DNA of 64,000 nucleotides from Candidatus Dormiibacterota bacterium (GTDB lineage Bacteria; Eisenbacteria; RBG-16-71-46; SZUA-252): NCBI GenBank assembly GCA_035635575.1, contig DASQAV010000002.1, positions 1,539 to 65,538 of the forward strand, read 5' to 3'. Shown piece by piece: positions 61,332 to 64,000 of this stretch (position 1 is its first letter; each line of letters starts with the position of its first letter). The notes under the pieces were generated by a model. It saw only the letters and a program-made list of their open reading frames with translations, ran no database searches and was not told where the DNA came from. The position numbers and the translations under genes were made by a program.

Positions 61332-62200
61332 TGGGACAGCTCGGCTACCTCTTCACCGAGCTCTGGCGCACCCTGAGCCGCCACCGGACGCTCTGTCTCG
61401 CGAGCATCCTCTCCATGTCCTCCATCCTGCTCATCCTTCTCCTCTTCATGATGGTCCTCACCGGGGTCGACAACTACACGGAGCAGCTGGAGTCGCGGGA
61501 GGAGATCTCCATTTTCCTGAACGAAGGGCTCTCGCGCTCGGACGTGGACGTGATCGCCGGGCGCCTGCGCCTCATGGCCGGCGTGGACAGCGTGCGCTTC
61601 GTGAGCAAGGACGAGGCCTGGGAGCAATTCCGCGCCGACGTCGCGGACGAGGCGCTGCTCCAGGCCGTGGGCGGGAATCCGCTGCCCGCGTCCTTCGTGG
61701 TGCGCCCCAAGCCTGAGTACCGGAATGCCGACGGCGTGCGCTCGATCGCGCGCCAGGCCGAGACCCTCCCTCATGTCGAGGACGTCCGGTATGCGGGGGA
61801 ATGGGTGCTGCGCGCGGAACAGGTCACCCGGACGCTCCACCAGATCGGCGCCGTGCTGGGGCTCATCATCCTGATCGGCGTTCTCTTCGTGGTCGGCGCG
61901 ACGACGCGCCTCGCCATCCAGGCGCGCCTGGACTCGCTCCACGTGATCCGCTCCCTGGGCGGAGGGTTTCTCTTCACCGACGCGCCCTATCTGGCCGAGG
62001 GCTTCGTGCTCGCCACGATCAGCTCCATCCTCACCATCTTGTTGGCCCGAGCCATCCACGACTCGCTGGCCGAGGGGCTCTTCCATCTCCCCATGCCCTC
62101 GACCGAAGTCCTCCTGGGATTCGCCGCGATGGCAGGCCTGCTCGGATTTCTCGGGAGCTGGATCGCGGTGGCCACGCTTCCGAGGAGATGGCTGCTCTGA
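61331..62200 (+). CDS. ftsX: cell division permease-like protein FtsX
   Basis: ATG overlaps the ftsE stop (TGATG). 4-TM FtsX topology with a periplasmic loop. Confidence 0.85.
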   Translation: MGQLGYLFTELWRTLSRHRTLCLASILSMSSILLILLLFMMVLTGVDNYTEQLESREEISIFLNEGLSRSDVDVIAGRLRLMAGVDSVRFVSKDEAWEQFRADVADEALLQAVGGNPLPASFVVRPKPEYRNADGVRSIARQAETLPHVEDVRYAGEWVLRAEQVTRTLHQIGAVLGLIILIGVLFVVGATTRLAIQARLDSLHVIRSLGGGFLFTDAPYLAEGFVLATISSILTILLARAIHDSLAEGLFHLPMPSTEVLLGFAAMAGLLGFLGSWIAVATLPRRWLL

Positions 62201-63477
62201 TCCGGAGCGCGATGCGAATCGCGCTCGTGGGCGCTCTCGCCGGGCTTGGCCTGCTCCCCGCGGTGCCCGCGCGCCGGGCGGCCGCGCAGGGGACGCCTCC
62301 GCCCAGGGCGGAAGCTGCCGGGCCCGCCCGCGCCTCCGCGGACTCCACGCGGCCCAAGCCCGTCGATGAGACGCAGGCCGAGATCGAGAACCAGAAGAAG
62401 GAGCTGGAATCGCTGGGGAAGGAGCTCGACGAGCGCCGCGCCAAATCGCAGCAGCTTCGTGGGCGGGAGCGAAACCTCCTCGGCGAGCTGAAGGAAAAAG
62501 AGGTCCAGCTCTCGCTGACCATCCGGTATCTGGGTGCCTTGGAGCGGCGCCGGAGAATCGTCTCCTCGGACCTGGGTACCGCGACCACCGAGCTGGCCCG
62601 CACCGCCGTTCAGCTGGAGGGAGACCGCAATCGGCTGTCCTGGCGTCTCCGTGAGATCTACAAGAGAGGAAGGAGCCGCGACCTGGAATATCTCCTCTCC
62701 GCCCGCACCTTCCCCGATCTCGTGAACCGCACCTATTTCCTGGCGAAGGTCGCCCGCGAGGATCGGAACCAGATGATGCTCACCCAGGCGCACCGGACCG
62801 AGGTCCAGGACACGAAGGCCCGGCTGGAGGAGCGGCAGCGGGAGCTGGATCGGCTGAAGCGCGAGACGGAGCGCCAGCGTCGCTCCCAGAAGCAGCTCGC
62901 GCTGGAGCGGCGGCAGCTTCTATCGGAGATCCGCTCGGAGCGGAAATCGAACGAGCAGGCCGCGGCGGAGCTGGAGCGGGCGAGCAAGCGCATCCAGGCC
63001 CTGATCGGCGAGCTGGAGAAGCGGCGGCTCGCCCAGGAGCGCGGGGCGCCGGGAGGGGTGCTCCCCCTCTACGGCGATTTCTCGAAGAACAAGGGTCGTC
63101 TCCCCTGGCCCGTCACCGGCAAGCTGGTGGGAGGCTTCGGACTGATGAAGAACGCTAGATTTGGCACCGCTATCTACAACAGCGGCATCGATATCGCGAC
63201 CAAGTTCGGGACGCCGATCGCGGCGGTTTCCAAGGCGCGGGTGGATCTGGTGACCTGGCTCGACGGCTACGGCAAGTGTGTTATATTGAACCACGGTGGG
63301 GGCTTCTACACGCTCTACGCCCACGCTTCCGAGATCCTCGTCGCGGTCGGCAGAGAGGTTGCCGCCGGCGAGGTCATCGGGAAGGTCGGTGACACCGGCT
63401 CCACCGTCGGAACGGCCCTTCATTTCGAGATCCGGCAGGGGAAGACGGCACTGAATCCCCTCGACTGGTTCCGTTGA
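62188..63477 (+). CDS. envC: EnvC-like murein hydrolase activator (coiled-coil, M23/LytM domain)
   Basis: Signal peptide, long coiled coil, C-terminal LytM (GIDIA…HFEIRQG). The first ~130 codons of the track ORF overlap ftsX and are unlikely to be translated. Confidence 0.75.
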   Translation: MAALIRSAMRIALVGALAGLGLLPAVPARRAAAQGTPPPRAEAAGPARASADSTRPKPVDETQAEIENQKKELESLGKELDERRAKSQQLRGRERNLLGELKEKEVQLSLTIRYLGALERRRRIVSSDLGTATTELARTAVQLEGDRNRLSWRLREIYKRGRSRDLEYLLSARTFPDLVNRTYFLAKVAREDRNQMMLTQAHRTEVQDTKARLEERQRELDRLKRETERQRRSQKQLALERRQLLSEIRSERKSNEQAAAELERASKRIQALIGELEKRRLAQERGAPGGVLPLYGDFSKNKGRLPWPVTGKLVGGFGLMKNARFGTAIYNSGIDIATKFGTPIAAVSKARVDLVTWLDGYGKCVILNHGGGFYTLYAHASEILVAVGREVAAGEVIGKVGDTGSTVGTALHFEIRQGKTALNPLDWFR

Positions 63478-63487
63478 GAATGAACAC

Positions 63488-64000
63488 ATGGCTGAGACGC
63501 TCCACGGCCAGGACGAAGCGCTAGCGCTTCTCCGCGCCTCCTTACATACAGGCCACACGGGACACGCCTACCTCTTTCACGGCCCCTCCGGGGTCGGAAA
63601 GACGAGAGCGGCTCTGGAGTTCGCGCGGGCGATCCTCTGCGAGGCGCACCGCCCCGACGGCTCCGCCTGCGATTCCTGCGAATCCTGCCGTTTGGTGCTG
63701 GCGCTCCGGCACCCCGATCTCGAGCTTCTCGTCCCCCTGCCCAGCTTTTCTTCGGAAGGCAGGACGGACCGGCAGGCGGAAGAGGCGCGGGCCGAGGCCC
63801 GGGCGCTCATCCGCTCCCGGATCGTCTCGGATCCCTATTTCCTTCCCATCTTCGCCAAGCCCGCGGCCCATTCGGTCGAGGAGCTGGCGCGCGCCAAGCA
63901 GTTCCTGTCCATGACGGCGGGCCGCGAGGGGGGCGCCAAGGTCCTGATCGTGAAGCGCGCAGAGGCCATGACCATCCCGGCCGCGCATGCTTTCTTGAAG
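63488..64000 (+). CDS. holB: DNA polymerase III delta' subunit, N-terminal part (3' end cut by window edge)
   Basis: GHAYLFHGPSGVGKT Walker A, Zn-module CDSCESCRLV, and a VLIV box (KVLIVKRAEAM). No stop in the window. Confidence 0.7.
   Translation, partial: MAETLHGQDEALALLRASLHTGHTGHAYLFHGPSGVGKTRAALEFARAILCEAHRPDGSACDSCESCRLVLALRHPDLELLVPLPSFSSEGRTDRQAEEARAEARALIRSRIVSDPYFLPIFAKPAAHSVEELARAKQFLSMTAGREGGAKVLIVKRAEAMTIPAAHAFLK

Overview
Replication-origin region of a high-GC (~68%) diderm bacterium; the phylum is not resolvable from sequence alone. The window has conserved origin synteny on both strands. On the minus strand: rex, gyrA, gyrB, a DUF721/DciA-like gene, recF, dnaN, an oriC-like DnaA-box/AT-rich spacer, and dnaA. 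On the plus strand: rpmH, rnpA, yidD, yidC, jag, mnmE, mnmG, rsmG, two parS sites, parA and parB. Further right are a MoxR/DUF58/BatA-like cluster, mfd, two surA-like genes, pdxA, ftsE, ftsX, envC and the start of holB. The left 29 kb carries the 3' end of fabF, asd, lon and a translationally coupled operon of an outer-membrane barrel, a cupredoxin-like protein and a sensor kinase with no adjacent response regulator. It also carries rlmD, an M16 peptidase pair followed by a beta-helix protein, and a cell-wall cluster (D-Ala-D-Ala carboxypeptidase, M23 peptidase, aminotransferase). The most interesting unannotated signal is a lower-GC island between the sensor kinase and lon. It contains two tandem paralogous micro-ORFs of 23 and 25 aa, each with a good Shine-Dalgarno, a hydrophobic N-terminus and a conserved C-terminus IPPPG(G)KAGW. 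Neither appears in the supplied ORF track because they are too short. Other findings: rex has no canonical start and appears to begin at a CTG fused to the gyrA stop, using the GAG-rich codons of the GyrA tail as its Shine-Dalgarno. A ~550-bp non-coding stretch between two perfect parS sites is C-rich and G-poor. DnaA-box clusters sit at three places. Many long ORFs in the track are high-GC antisense artefacts. No rRNA, tRNA, CRISPR, IS element or prophage was found.
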